A stretch of DNA of 62,860 bases, filler included, from Choristocarpus tenellus KU-1152 (lineage: Eukaryota; Protista; Phaeophyceae): assembly GCA_964200185.2 (NCBI GenBank). It is 11 parts of 11 records of this genome, joined end to end, with 100 filler letters (N's around TTAATTAATTAA, not from the genome) between each part and the next. Parts side by side here need not be neighbours in the genome. Positions count along the whole stretch, not along the records: positions 43,162 to 54,733 come from CAXNAD020002241.1; positions 54,834 to 59,568 come from CAXNAD020013279.1; positions 59,669 to 62,860 come from CAXNAD020021653.1; 8 more parts are not named here. The stretch is one strand, 5' to 3'. The position numbers were made by a program, and so were the translations under genes. Positions 49,087 to 61,001 of the stretch are shown in pieces. Numbering within the stretch: the stretch's first letter is position 1; every line of letters begins with the position of its first letter. The notes beneath the pieces were generated by a model that searched no databases, was not told the DNA's origin, and saw only the letters and a list, made by a program, of their open reading frames with translations.

Positions 49087-51819
49087 CTGCAGAAAGTTTC
49101 CTCGGAAGCTTCTCTACCGTATAATTTTTTACCGGGGAGGTTGCGCTTGCGCTCCTCCCAAGCAGCAAGGAATAGTATATCAACAGACAAAACACACGCA
49201 CACACAAACAACGCGTACAAACAACAGCACAGCCAAGCCGTTGTAACTACCACCCACTATCCGTACCACCTTGTGATCTTGATCTTACCGTCACATACTT
49301 GCTTGTACCTATGTTATGATGTGCTTCGGAAATAAATGCTGTTCCCGATAGCTGATCTGAGCACACTGGTTGACCTTCACCAGTTGGTTGTCTATTGCTG
49401 CCGCTCCCTCTTATCCTGCATCCTTAGCTGACCGAACTCGCCTATTGTAGTGTCCATCCTACTGACTGGTGATGTATGTCCTTGTTGTCAATGCCTCACA
49501 TATACCTTGTAAATGTTAATCTCCAGGGGTTGATATTTCCCCTGGAAACTACTCCTACTTTATGCCATGACTGGCAGAGAGGTCATCGTTCTCCACTGCC
49601 CCCTGCAGGTAGCTACAACTTGCCCTTGCAGAGAGAGGACAATACCCTTCTTCCACCTGAACGAGTATTTGCCTCTCCCTCTCTCTCTGCCGAACGATGG
49701 CAATATAGTAGTTAGCAACGACACTGGATACTACCTGGGGGTGTTTGCCCCCCCGCTGACAAACAATGAATCTTCTGTGTCACCTCAAGCAGTAGAGTAC
49801 GGGGGCAGTCAAGTGAGGCTTAAGACAATGTAGGGACTAGAAGAGGTCTACCAGTAGGAAGGCTGGGATTGGTTGCTTGCAGAAATTTCGGTCATTAGCT
49901 ACATCCTACTTTCTGCCGTCATTACATATCTGGATGGATGTAACCTAGCACTGCAATGCCTGAGGGGGGAGGGTGTACAGTACACCATGCATACCTGGTT
50001 GGATGGAAACGATGAAATCGTGACTTTCTGCCCTTCACACGACTAGAGGGATGGGGATGGGCGGCAGTGCAAAGGTGCAATAAATCAACGGAAAAGGATA
50101 GAGATGACGAGAGGAGGAGAAGCCAAAAGAACAGTAGAAGACTTAATTACTCACTACTCGTTTTTGTTGTCTTCTTGTCGCAAGTCTGACAGGGTTTTCT
50201 TCTCTTGTCTCCACCGCAAATAATAGATCTAGGTCTTCCCTTTCTTGTTACTTTGTTGTTTGCCGTTACTTGCTTTTCTTGGTTCCATATGTATCACCTA
50301 CTCACCGGCTTTGCTGTGGGCTTTCTTCTTGCTCTTCTATTGCCTATTTTACATTGTTGCTGATATTCTGTTGTTCACTTATCTGCTTGCTCCTATTACC
50401 AGCCATGGTGATTTTCGTGTTCCCAGCAAAATCGCATTCCTCACAAGCCAATGAGGGAAGTCATGACATGGATGACAGGGAATACGATAGGCCTGGCAGT
50501 GACGGCAGTGCTGCGAGACTGAGAGGGGACCAGCCAGCTGTTGGGGACAAAGGGGACGTCCGTGATGACACGAAGCACAAGCCACATGGAAAAGAGCCCT
50601 TCAAAACCCTGATGCCCACTGCGTGAGGACAGGTCTGCCCAACGCCACATTGATTATATCAATGAAAACATCAAGAAAAATGCGCAATAAATTCAACCTG
50701 AAGTACACATTGGGGACGGAGAACGCATTCCGGTCAAGGGTGCGCACAAGGTAAACCCAAGGTAAACCCAAGGCAACCTTCTCCTACAACGAGGCGCAGG
50801 ATATGGAGAGTTTCAACTGGAAGTGATACCCAGACAAATTCCTCGAGGTGGGGTGCATCTGATGGTAGCAGAGCCTTGGTTAGATAGACTGTAATAATTG
50901 TTATTTTTCTTGCCGTTTGCTCATCACAGGGATACACTGAGGGTTATATATCTCGGGGTGTCTAGCTCATGCTGGTAATCCCGGCCAATAGAACCTCCCC
51001 AAATGTGGTGCTGTCCTTCCGGGCCTTTCACGACTTATAGTAATGTTACAGTGCGCCCTAGAACTCACCTCCACAGGATGCATAACTCAAATCCAACGAC
51101 CTTAAAACGACGCTATGGGGATGTTGTCTTTGGTAACAGTTTGTTAGGTGTCTGACAGCCTTTTCTTGATACTCCACGCAGTGCTTAGCTCAAAGCTCGA
51201 CTCAATGTTTGGTTCAAGATAAAAAGACTGATTTAAGAGGGGCAATGGTTTTGACCAAAAGCCCTCTTATTATTTTCATCATCCACTCAATTTCTTTGGT
51301 CTTCTATGCAACTACATATACGTACTCCAATCATAAACCTTTATATACTGCAACTTCTTAGGAACTTTGACGTTTTCTTCTGTAAATGTTACGTCGTGTG
51401 CATTACGAATCTTACTCTGTCTCTTCTACGAAATCAGCATTTATTCTGTAAGGCTACCTGTGTTACTTATCTCGTATATTGTTCGCACTTATTACGACGC
51501 GAGAAACAATGCTCGCATTATTCGCCTGTCACAAATGTTCGTGTTTGCCATAACATAAGAAATGCCTGCGCTATTCGCCTGTAACATTAACTGTCGCCGT
51601 GTAGTGAACCATGGACAGGTTGGCGAGGAGGTCTTCGTGGCTCACCTCCAGAACAGCTGCATCCTCTAACCTTCCATTTCCTGGTCTAACACTTGTATGT
51701 GAGATAGTCACAAATGGGAAGACATTCAAGTGTTGTACGCGGCCAAGGCGATGCACATAGTCCTTCCTTACGTTGACCTCTTTCTCCAATAAAGAGTTGC
51801 ACGTGAGCGGCAAGCCTGA

Positions 51820-52068
51820 GTCACACTTGTCCTTCACGAGGTGAATGGCAACAAGGGAACATCCACAGGCCCAACCTGGAGCCCATCATTAGTTCGCCTC
51901 AACAGGGACAAGGCCAATAACAACAGCCAGGTCAAGGGGGTTTCTTGGCACAAGGCCACTGGCAAGTGGCAGGCTACCATATATATTGATGGCAAGAGGG
52001 AGCCTGTATGATACATTGAAAAGAAGGATGATGCCAAGAAGGTCTGGGAAGCTGTTGAGGAAAAATAG
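51820..52068 (+). pseudogene. HNH-AP2 homing-endonuclease-like pseudogene
   Basis: Frame from 51901: NNNSQVKGVSWHKATGKWQATIYIDGKREPV*YIEKKDDAKKVWEAVEEK (AP2; TGA at 52009-52011 at the conserved Gly), preceded by frameshifted VLHEVNGNK / NIHRPNLEPI (HNH-like). Confidence 0.72.
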
Positions 52069-52694
52069 TGGAGGTTGGAGAAAAGTGGCTTGGGTCTTGT
52101 CGCTTGCATGGGTGATCCCATTGTTGCTCTCTGAGAAGAACTAGTATGTAGGTTCGCAGAGCAGGTCAAGACGCACACATATCTTGAGCCCTGAGGTACC
52201 ACTGCTGGGGCTTGTCACTCCTTACTATTATGGGGTAACCTGGGGGGGGAACTGGTGTCTGTGTTGTGGATGGACCGACAGAAATGGTGTTTTGAGTCAC
52301 TACAGAAGCTCCAGATGAATACGAGGAAAGACGATTAGTTTAATCTTATCTATCTGTGATATACAGAGTACGTTTTTCACCCCAATCCCTCATTGGATGA
52401 TTCCACTCGTTCCCACTGTAGTGCTTTCGACTCCCAGCAACATCCTCATCACATAGATCTCAATCCAAGACCCCTGAAAGTCCTCCTAACATGCCATTCC
52501 AGCACTTTTTCATACTCAACGTTGCCACCCTTTTAAGGCACAAGACACTTTTCTGTGCAACATGAAGATGTAGTAGGTCCACATGGGGTGTCACCAATCT
52601 GTCCTATTTGTGGACGTCGTACTATAATCCAGTTACCACTTGATTAGCATCTTTCCAGACAAAGGTCCATCATCACCTCATAGAAGCCCATATC

Positions 52695-52745
52695 TGCTCG
52701 CTGAAGGACTTGAGCCCTCGACCTTGGCACTATAAATACAGCATG
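52695..52745 (-). pseudogene. tRNA-derived 3'-half fragment (T-arm/B-box-like)
   Basis: Minus strand TTATAGTGCCAAGGTCGAGGGCTCAAGTCCTTCAGCGAGCA; no matching 5' half. Confidence 0.3.
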
Positions 52746-53779
52746 GTTGGAGAGTTGCATCTACATGGACTGCTGGAGCTCTACTACGCATGTACACACA
52801 TACTTTGAGATTACTGGGCAAAGGGAGATTGGGAAAATAAGAAACTAACTGCATGTGGTAACCATCTCTATCGCAGTTCAAAGTGGTTTCAAATTGTTTG
52901 GATACATATTTCGTTCATATTTCCAGAGTACTCAGGTACAAGCAATATAATGCTGTACTACTAATAGCCAGGATGTCCGTTGTTTGTGTATATTTGTATT
53001 CGAATATATTTACTCCGTATCATACATGACGGGTCAGGTTGAAAATCAAGCTCCGTAGAAGAGAGAGCATGGAGTGCTCCTGCAGGAGGATCACAGGACC
53101 GAGCAAGGCAGAGCTGCTTTGAGTACCTGCAGCCCAGCTCCTCCACCGCTACGTTTAGTCTTCTACCCCATCAACTTATTGAAGGCGGCAGGTGCTTCTC
53201 GTGCCGTGATTGGACAGAACTGGAGCTTTAAAGGCAGGAAGGTGTTGGTTGTAGTTAGGAAGCGAGGATCAGGACTCTGCATTAATGTTGATCGTTTTCT
53301 TTTACAATACCCCACTCGGACAAAGTTGTGGCTAATTTGTTATCTTCTATTTGCGAATATCACTGTTTAATCATGCACCAAAACACATGGTACCAGCACA
53401 ATGGAAATATAAATTTCATATACAGTGACCTTCTTGCTCACTACAGAACCATGATGGACTACGGTGACCTACCTTCCACAAAGAAGATGTGTTTGGAACT
53501 GCAGTAATATCATCATAGCAGGGCGATGATTTTCATATTGGATCAATGTGTTCTATTTAACAGCACTAGAAAGAATTAGGCAAGGCATGCTTAGGGTTAA
53601 GTTTATGGTGTTCATCTTCTCCTCATAATCCTGCGCATGATGGGCCACTTAGACCTTCCGCAACCAAGATAGGGCACTTCAGGTCTATTGTACAAAGAGA
53701 CGGGGAGATCGTACCGAGCAGAAACATGGGGGAAGACCCGCCAGTTGGCAACCACGGTGCTCCAGCAGCACCAGGAAAA

Positions 53780-54037
53780 GAGTCAAAGTATCTTAGAGGG
53801 TAGGATCCGCGTCAGTTTGGGGTTCAAAATTCAATGTTTCAATTTTGATGTAATTTTGGCTTTGATTTTTGTTAGGAGGTGTCAATATCCTTGTTCCGGA
53901 TATACCTTTTCATGACGTATTCATTTTATCTACTCCGAAACATTTCGGAGTAGGAAAATGTCATAAAAAAACGTGGGAAGCCAAGTTGCAAACGGACAAA
54001 AAGTACAAAAGTCGTACCCTCTAAGATACGTTAACTG
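53780..54037 (-). mobile_element. MITE family A, complete, TSD AAA
   Basis: Both TIRs present (one degenerate); AAA on both flanks. Confidence 0.9.
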
Positions 54038-54573
54038 AAACAGGAAGGGGAGGGTGTTGTTTGGGAAAATCCTGGGGGTGCTTTATTGTCGGAAAAGAGA
54101 ACAAGTCACATCACCTATCTTGAACAGCACTAGGAGGAAAACGGGCAGGTGGAATCCGTGCTGGGAGGGAAGAAGGAGTTGGTCTAGCTAAACGAGGAAG
54201 CGTAAATACTGGGGGTGGTGTGTGTAACTTTTATCTATAATAGAAGCAATTAATGAGGAACTATATACTACTAAAGAACACATCACAGGCCAGGGCCCTG
54301 TCAGACAAGCACAAAAACATAGCACGTTCTTGGTCAACTACCATCTCAGTGATGACAGGCAAATTGGGCCTGAACTACAGGTAGAAGGAAAGGTGTGCTT
54401 GTCTGATAATATGCACCGGGTAAAAACAGATTTGCGTCTAGCGACAGTTACTTCTATTTTTCGTACTCAGTATGCTGCAAACGACTGCTTCATATATACT
54501 CCATACATATACTATATGTATGTACCTCGACATTGATATATATTCATACATACTGTGTTTTTAGTAACTTTTG

Positions 54574-54733
54574 GGCTCAAAGTATATGGGGGGGGGATGG
54601 TGGTTGTCCATTCGGGGTTAATTTTTTCATGTTGCGATTTTTTATTGATTTGGTTGCATACGGCAGATGGGTAATGTAAATGCACTTTTCCTGACTTTGG
54701 CCCAAATGGACACCCTGGTGTAGACCCCCCCCC
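54574..54733. mobile_element. MITE family C, nearly complete, cut by gap at its poly-C tract
   Basis: GGCTCAAAGTATATGGGGG...GTCCATTCGGGG...AAATGGACACCCTGGTGTAGACCCCC; links the end fragments at 14050, 29438, 43162, 59544 and 62784. Confidence 0.8.
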
Positions 54734-54833
54734 NNNNNNNNNNNNNNNNNNNNNNNNNNNNNNNNNNNNNNNNNNNNTTAATTAATTAANNNNNNNNNNN
54801 NNNNNNNNNNNNNNNNNNNNNNNNNNNNNNNNN

Positions 54834-54900
<67 letters not shown>

Positions 54901-57123
54901 AGTCATGCTTGAAAATGTGACTGGTATGTGGTGATAAAGCAAAGCTAGCTGTATCAGGATTTAGTGTCATATGCTTGGGGCAAGAGGCAACTGAGAAAGA
55001 GGGGGGAGGGTATCGGTAGTGATCGGATCACAGGATGGGGGGAAAGAACCCCAGCCATTACAATATGGATACTGTAGTGAGTAGAAAAAACGATGGCGAG
55101 CGTCCAAGGCTAGTACTTCGGAGCATACAAGGAAAAGAAAGGTTTGAAGATGAAGGAAGAGAAAATGAGGACCAGCAGTATGCGTTGGTGTGTGTGTGAA
55201 AGACATAGGCAATGGTCCTGGGAATTGGACATAGAGGCAATGGGGACTAATTTGGTGGGGTGCATGCACCCACAATAGGGATAGGGCACTGTGCTGGCTA
55301 TGCACATGTGTATTTTTTTTTTACCTGCGGAAAGACAAAATTGTTTTTGTCTAATGCAGTATAATGCAAAGGTGATCCTAACCTGATGGGGGTTGTTTCA
55401 AGTAGTTTGTGGTAGTTGTGAATGCTGCACGATTTAGTAGTGATGGTGGGTTGGGTTGTTGACTTGACATGGTGACCTGCCTGACTCTGCCCTTGGTGTG
55501 CTGTTTAGTGTCTTCATGTGCATAGACGTGCCCTGCCAGGGGGGTAAAAAGGCCCTGTAGCATGCAGTGGACCTCAAGGGTGGTCACCTTTTTTCTTACA
55601 TGTTTTGGGGGGTGGGAAGGGGGCAGTAGAGGTACATAGTCGCTTCCAGGATGGGTCCCACTCTATCATATCACAACTGTGGCACTCTTGTTGGGTGGGC
55701 GGGCTATATGCCAGGCATGTGGAGTTGTGGGCAATATGGAGAGGGTGGGGGGGGGGGAGAGAGGGCTGAGATACTGTTTTCATAACCTATACATATGTTG
55801 GCCCTGCTCCATACATGACTGCTATTTTCAGTTCATTGTTTTTATCCTGTTCTTGTTGTGCCTGCTCCCCTCTTACCCTGTTTGCTCAACGTGGAAGGGT
55901 TGAGGGGTTGGGTCCTTGTTAGTTGAAGAGTGAGGACCATGTATTATTTCTGTTACAAGGTGGTGTGTTTGTTGATGTGGTAAGTTGTGTGTATGGGAGG
56001 TGTAGTTTGTGATTGGATTTGCATGGTGCAGGGGTGGTGGCTAAGGAGGTACAAAATTTGGTGTGGTTTTTAGGTTATAAATTATTTTTTTCTTTGGATG
56101 TATATGCGTATTCTTGATGTCAACTTCGATCTTTTGTGGCTTTTTTTTTCTTCTACTTTTCAAAGAAGAGTCATGCATGCTCAGAGATGGAAATGAGTTT
56201 ACTCCTTCTTCCTTGTCCTCTTTTGAATGAGGTTTCGTAAGGGGTTGAATTACATCCCTGAGTAGAGTTGTTTGCAGGAGGTTTGATGAGGTTCATATGT
56301 CATGCTGTGTGTGTTGGTTGTGATGTTTCACGTGTTTTGTGTCTTTTGGGATGTCCTCTATCAAAACATTGGTGTGTGGTGATCTTAGCGGGAGTTGTGG
56401 CAGGTTTGTATCCAGGCTGTCTTGTCAGCATATCCATCAAGGCTATTGCATTAGTATGACTGATGATGATGCGAGGAGGGTGGGGGGACCTGTTGTTCGA
56501 TAAAGTAGAATGACATTGATCGGTGAGACAGGCAATGCCATACTGTGGTGCCCCACCAGAGAAATACACAGGAATCTCTGAACTAAGTTTCTGCAGTAAT
56601 TATTACATCTTCAACAAACTCTTTCCTTGTGCCCCCTGAATGGGATCAAAAGGGAAGAAGTGACTTTCCAAAAAAATAAATCAGAGAGCTTAGTTTTCTC
56701 TTCTTGCTGACACTTGAGAAGAAATCAAGAGAGATGCATGACCTACATCCAATAGTTTCAATCTGTACATTTAATTTGTACATGCTGGTGTATGCTCTAA
56801 TCTGTGACCTGATGTAACTGTTTGCCCACCAACTTTAGTGGAAGAGGTTGACTAGAACCTTGATGTTTTTTGCATGATGCATGACCTTTTTATGAAGAGG
56901 TCTCATGCCCCACGCCCTTGGCAATACAGGGGAGACACCCCACCCCCTTCCCCCATCTCGGAACTGGTCGAAGATGTAAGTAGCGTTGCTACAGAGAAGT
57001 TAGTATGGATTGCTGCGGTGAAAACCCAGGTACGATGCAGTCCTGCAGCAAGGCGATACAGCTTTCTATATTGTAGAGAGCCTGAGATCGGAATGGTTTA
57101 GCTCCTTGTTCTTTATGTATATC

Positions 57124-58823
57124 CTCCCTCTGTCCCATAAGTCTGGACCGTTAAGTTATAGCTCTTCAGGACGACTTCCGATTACAAAACGGACCTTGAC
57201 GTTGGATTCCTTGGAATGTTTTGTATTAAAGAAATGTCTAGGCTTCATTCGACACCATCAACCCACCAATCCAAGGTCACCATGGAGGCTGTTCGGTCTA
57301 CTTAGATTGATCTAGCCAACCCACCCTCCTGCTTCTTATTGATCCTAGTGTGCTCTACCTTGAAATCGTTTCCCCCCAGTGCCCTTAACACCTGGTTGTA
57401 CTTCTTAAACAGACTGCCACACCCTCTTGAGTGTGTCTATGTCGTATGACTGGAACATTCTTAAAATCCCCTGTACAAGTTCATCAACGGTCCCGTAACG
57501 CTCTGCCCAAACTCTGCTCTTCAGAGATGCAACCCCCCCCATATCATTGATGTTGAGATCCGGCGACTGTGCTGACTGGGTCACGAGCTTAATGTTCCAT
57601 CCCTCCTTCATTCCTGCTGCATTCAATATGTACTATGCCCTTGCCCGTATGCGGGGTTGCAATATCTTGCTGTATGGAGGGCCCCCCTCATTCCAGCCAT
57701 GGCAATTTTTCCTTGGTCGCTGGCAACAGCTTCTCCATGTACCACTCCAGGTAGCACTTGGTGTCGACGGTGATGTCGATCTGGTACTCCTCACCCTTTG
57801 TGTGCTGCGCTGTAGTAAGTTAAGTCTCCTTTGTGCCACAAACCCACCAGGTCCGGATCTTACTGTTGAAATCATGTGAAGGATCCTGGTGCGAAACAGC
57901 GGAGATGAACATCACTTTGGGAATGTGACTCTCTCCTTTGACGAGCCTTCTTTTCCCTACCCTGGGAACATGCACACCATCTCTAGTTTGTGGATGAGGT
58001 AGAACCACGCCTCGTCGATGTGAATGGTGTTGAGGCCAATTCTGTAGATTTTGCGCTTGGGGGAGATCTGGTTGAGGATGAAAGTCCACCCTGTTCTTGT
58101 GAGAAAACGAAAGGCTAGGGGTGCCGCGCCGCTGAACCATTGTTGCTCCCATGGCTTCGAGCCAACGATTAAGGTCTGGGCTGCCAACTGTGAGGCCTGC
58201 TTTGGCGAGCTTGGCGGAACGTTGATCGATAGTCAGTGCCTGCGATTACTGGCGTGGATTTCCCGGATCTTCGCTTGTTTCGTTAGTGTAAAGTCTGATG
58301 ACTCTCTGGATCGTGCTTGTGATTTGAGGGAGATGGTATTTGCCCTGTCTATCTGTTCTTTGAGGCGCGCCCACACCTGTCTGGGGTGTCTACCTTCCAT
58401 TCCAAACTCTTTCACCAATTTAGACCCCGCACCCCCCAGGAACCTTTCGTGACCCGGAAGAAGAGCCAATGCATAACGCAGAGCAAGTGCGGTCAGACCT
58501 TTCTCGATCAGTTTGCAGTTCTTTTCCTGAGATGGCAGGCTTCATGCTGGGGACGATGGGCTGTGGGGCCTTACCATGGGGGTTGTGAGAGTGTTGTGCA
58601 GCTCCACGCTGCAGCAGGAACAATAAAAAATGATAAGAACATGCCCCATTCTGTGTTGCATTCTTTCGGAAGTATTTCAGAACAGAATTCTTTGAAGAAT
58701 CTTTGAAATTAATAATTTTATGTAAAATGTTCTAAGGAATCCAACGAAAATTTTCCGTTTTGTAATCGGAGGTCATCCCGAAACGTTACTACTTAACAGC
58801 CCAGATTACTGAGACGGAGGGAG
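57124..58823 (-). mobile_element. Tc1/mariner DD39D-type (Stowaway-like termini) transposon, full length, transposase pseudogenised
   Basis: ~70-bp imperfect TIRs CTCCCTCTGTCCCA... / ...TGAGACGGAGGGAG; motifs IHIDEAWFYL, SHIPKVMFISAV, QQDIATPH, QSAQSPDLNINDMG..ASLKS across frameshifts; TA TSD not preserved. Confidence 0.92.
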
Positions 58824-59668
58824 CAGAACAGACCAGACAGGGTGTTTCGCTCTAATAAAGGCACAACAAAAAATACAGGCAACATACAGGTAGTCTTCCC
58901 ATTGCAAAGCATCACTAGACAATAACATTCCTCAGAAGATCCTAATGAAATTGGCATGACGAGTTAAGATGGGCAATCAGGACCAATGATCAAACGTGAG
59001 TTGGATCCAATGCACCATTCAGCACCATGCCCTTCTTGTCCATAACAACAATCTCAGTGTGCTGTGTGTAGCGGAGTTATTGAGCCATTGCGATTTGATG
59101 CAGTGTAGCTAAAACTCGTTTTTATAGTTTACTCCCCGCCAGTCTCTGCCTCCACACATCACAGAGTCACCTTGCCTTCTTCAAGTCTAGTCCATGGAGA
59201 CCCTTGTTCCCACATTACCATCAACAACATACATTACTTCATGATTTGTTCATCCCAACTCCTTCCAGTCCCCCGCCTTGTTCGTCCACGACCAAGGACT
59301 TCTTAATTCAAGTACTGTTGCCGCTAGATCCTTCAGTACCTTTACAGTTCTCACTCCATTTTCCTAATGATCTCAATTAAAGATTACATGTTACGCGTAG
59401 CCCAGCCAGACCATAGCCGCACCGAGTGTATATTTTTGTTTTTTTTCCAGAAAAGTAATGGAGTCAATTACGCGGTTGCCTATACAGCTCTACTACAAAT
59501 TTTACCCCTCCTACCAAGTAAGGTGGAGGGGTCGAGTAGTTTTGACCCAAAGTATCTGGGAGGGGGGGNNNNNNNNNNNNNNNNNNNNNNNNNNNNNNNN
59601 NNNNNNNNNNNNTTAATTAATTAANNNNNNNNNNNNNNNNNNNNNNNNNNNNNNNNNNNNNNNNNNNN

Positions 59669-59735
59669 ATGGGAAGCCAAGCCCCACAAATGGACAAACA
59701 GGAAAAAATTCGTACCCTCTAAGATAGTTTCACTC
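59669..59735 (-). mobile_element. MITE family A end fragment at contig start
   Basis: ...CGTACCCTCTAAGATAGTTTCACTC. Confidence 0.85.
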
Positions 59736-59954
59736 TTTGAGTAGCGAATGGAACGTCACAGGTGGAGTCTGGCTTTGACTGCAGTACATACGTAGGGTAC
59801 GTAGTGAAACGGTCTGGGTGTGTGTACGTTGGTGTATGTATCTTTAGTGGTCTCATTATGTTGGATAACCATTACAGCTCGTGGCGATATCGCATTCGCC
59901 ACATCAAGGATGTGGTTCGGAAGACAAGCTTACAAGAGGAAGGCCGTTAAATGA

Positions 59955-60213
59955 GAGTGAAAGCATCTTAGAGGGTACGATTTTTCCCCGGTTTGTCCGT
60001 TTGGGGCTTGGCTTCCCATGGGTCTTTTAATGACATTTTCCTACTCCAAAATGTTTCGGAGTAGGTAAAATGTATACCTTATGAAAAGGTGTGTCCAGAA
60101 CAAGGATATTGACACTTCCTAACAAACACAATAGCCAAAATTGCATCGATATCACAACATTGTATTTTGGCCCCTAAATGGACGCGGCTCTACCCTCCAA
60201 GATACTATGGCTC
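59955..60213 (+). mobile_element. MITE family A, complete, TSD TGA
   Basis: Both TIRs present; TGA at 59952-59954 and 60214-60216. Confidence 0.93.
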
Positions 60214-60944
60214 TGAGCACCACTTTCGAGTGCGGTCTCCACGTCTTTAGAACCGCATCCTTTGCCTTTGTCGCAGAATTCGCATGTGAATGCGCAAGCG
60301 TGTTGTCCATCGTCGCGAAAGCTCATTCTTCCATGTACTTTCTTCCAGTACTCTCTTAGGCACTGAACCTGGAGGTCGGTGTTCATATGGTGGATGCAAA
60401 CGCATGATCTGTGTTGCGCGGAAGAGTGGAGGGAGGAATGCGGTTGGTGGATTATCCTCGCTTGTGTGTGGACACTCATGATGCATAACGTGACTGGCTA
60501 TCCTGTGGCGGTTAGGAAAACGTAGAGTTGCCCGGTCGTCACTGTAGCGTGTATCCAAAAAAAACGAGAGGCTCTATTTCCGTACATACCTTGGCGTGGC
60601 CTTTGAAATGTAGAGCGGTCTCCACTTTACGAATGTTGACAGACAGGGTATTGGTCCTGGATCCCCTCCTGTTCGAATCTCTCCTTGAAGTTGGCATAGA
60701 CATCCTCATCTGTGCCAATCTGTGACCTGTTGTGACGTTGGTTGCACCATGTGTATATGTGGTGTAATGTAACAGTTTTGTTGGAGGGTGAAAATGTTGC
60801 ACAGTGATTAATAAATGAAGTGTCGAGGGTGGATACACGCAATATTTGTGAGGATGACACTCGCTAGTGTTGACTACCTCTGAGCGTGCTGTTGGCACAG
60901 TGCATCCGGATGACAAACTCTCTTGTTCGTATGCGGGTCTAAAG

Positions 60945-61001
60945 TCAAGCCCCAAATGGACAAACAGGGCAAGACTCGTACCCTCTAAGATACTTTCACT
61001 C
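60945..61001 (-). mobile_element. Isolated MITE family A terminal fragment
   Basis: CAAGCCCCAAATGGACAAACAGGGCAAGACTCGTACCCTCTAAGATACTTTCACTC with no partner end nearby. Confidence 0.85.

Noticed and set aside
50862-50873. TGGTAGCAGAGC, a possible tRNA-Met primer binding site
   Set aside because: Not preceded by an LTR-type CA end and no gag follows.
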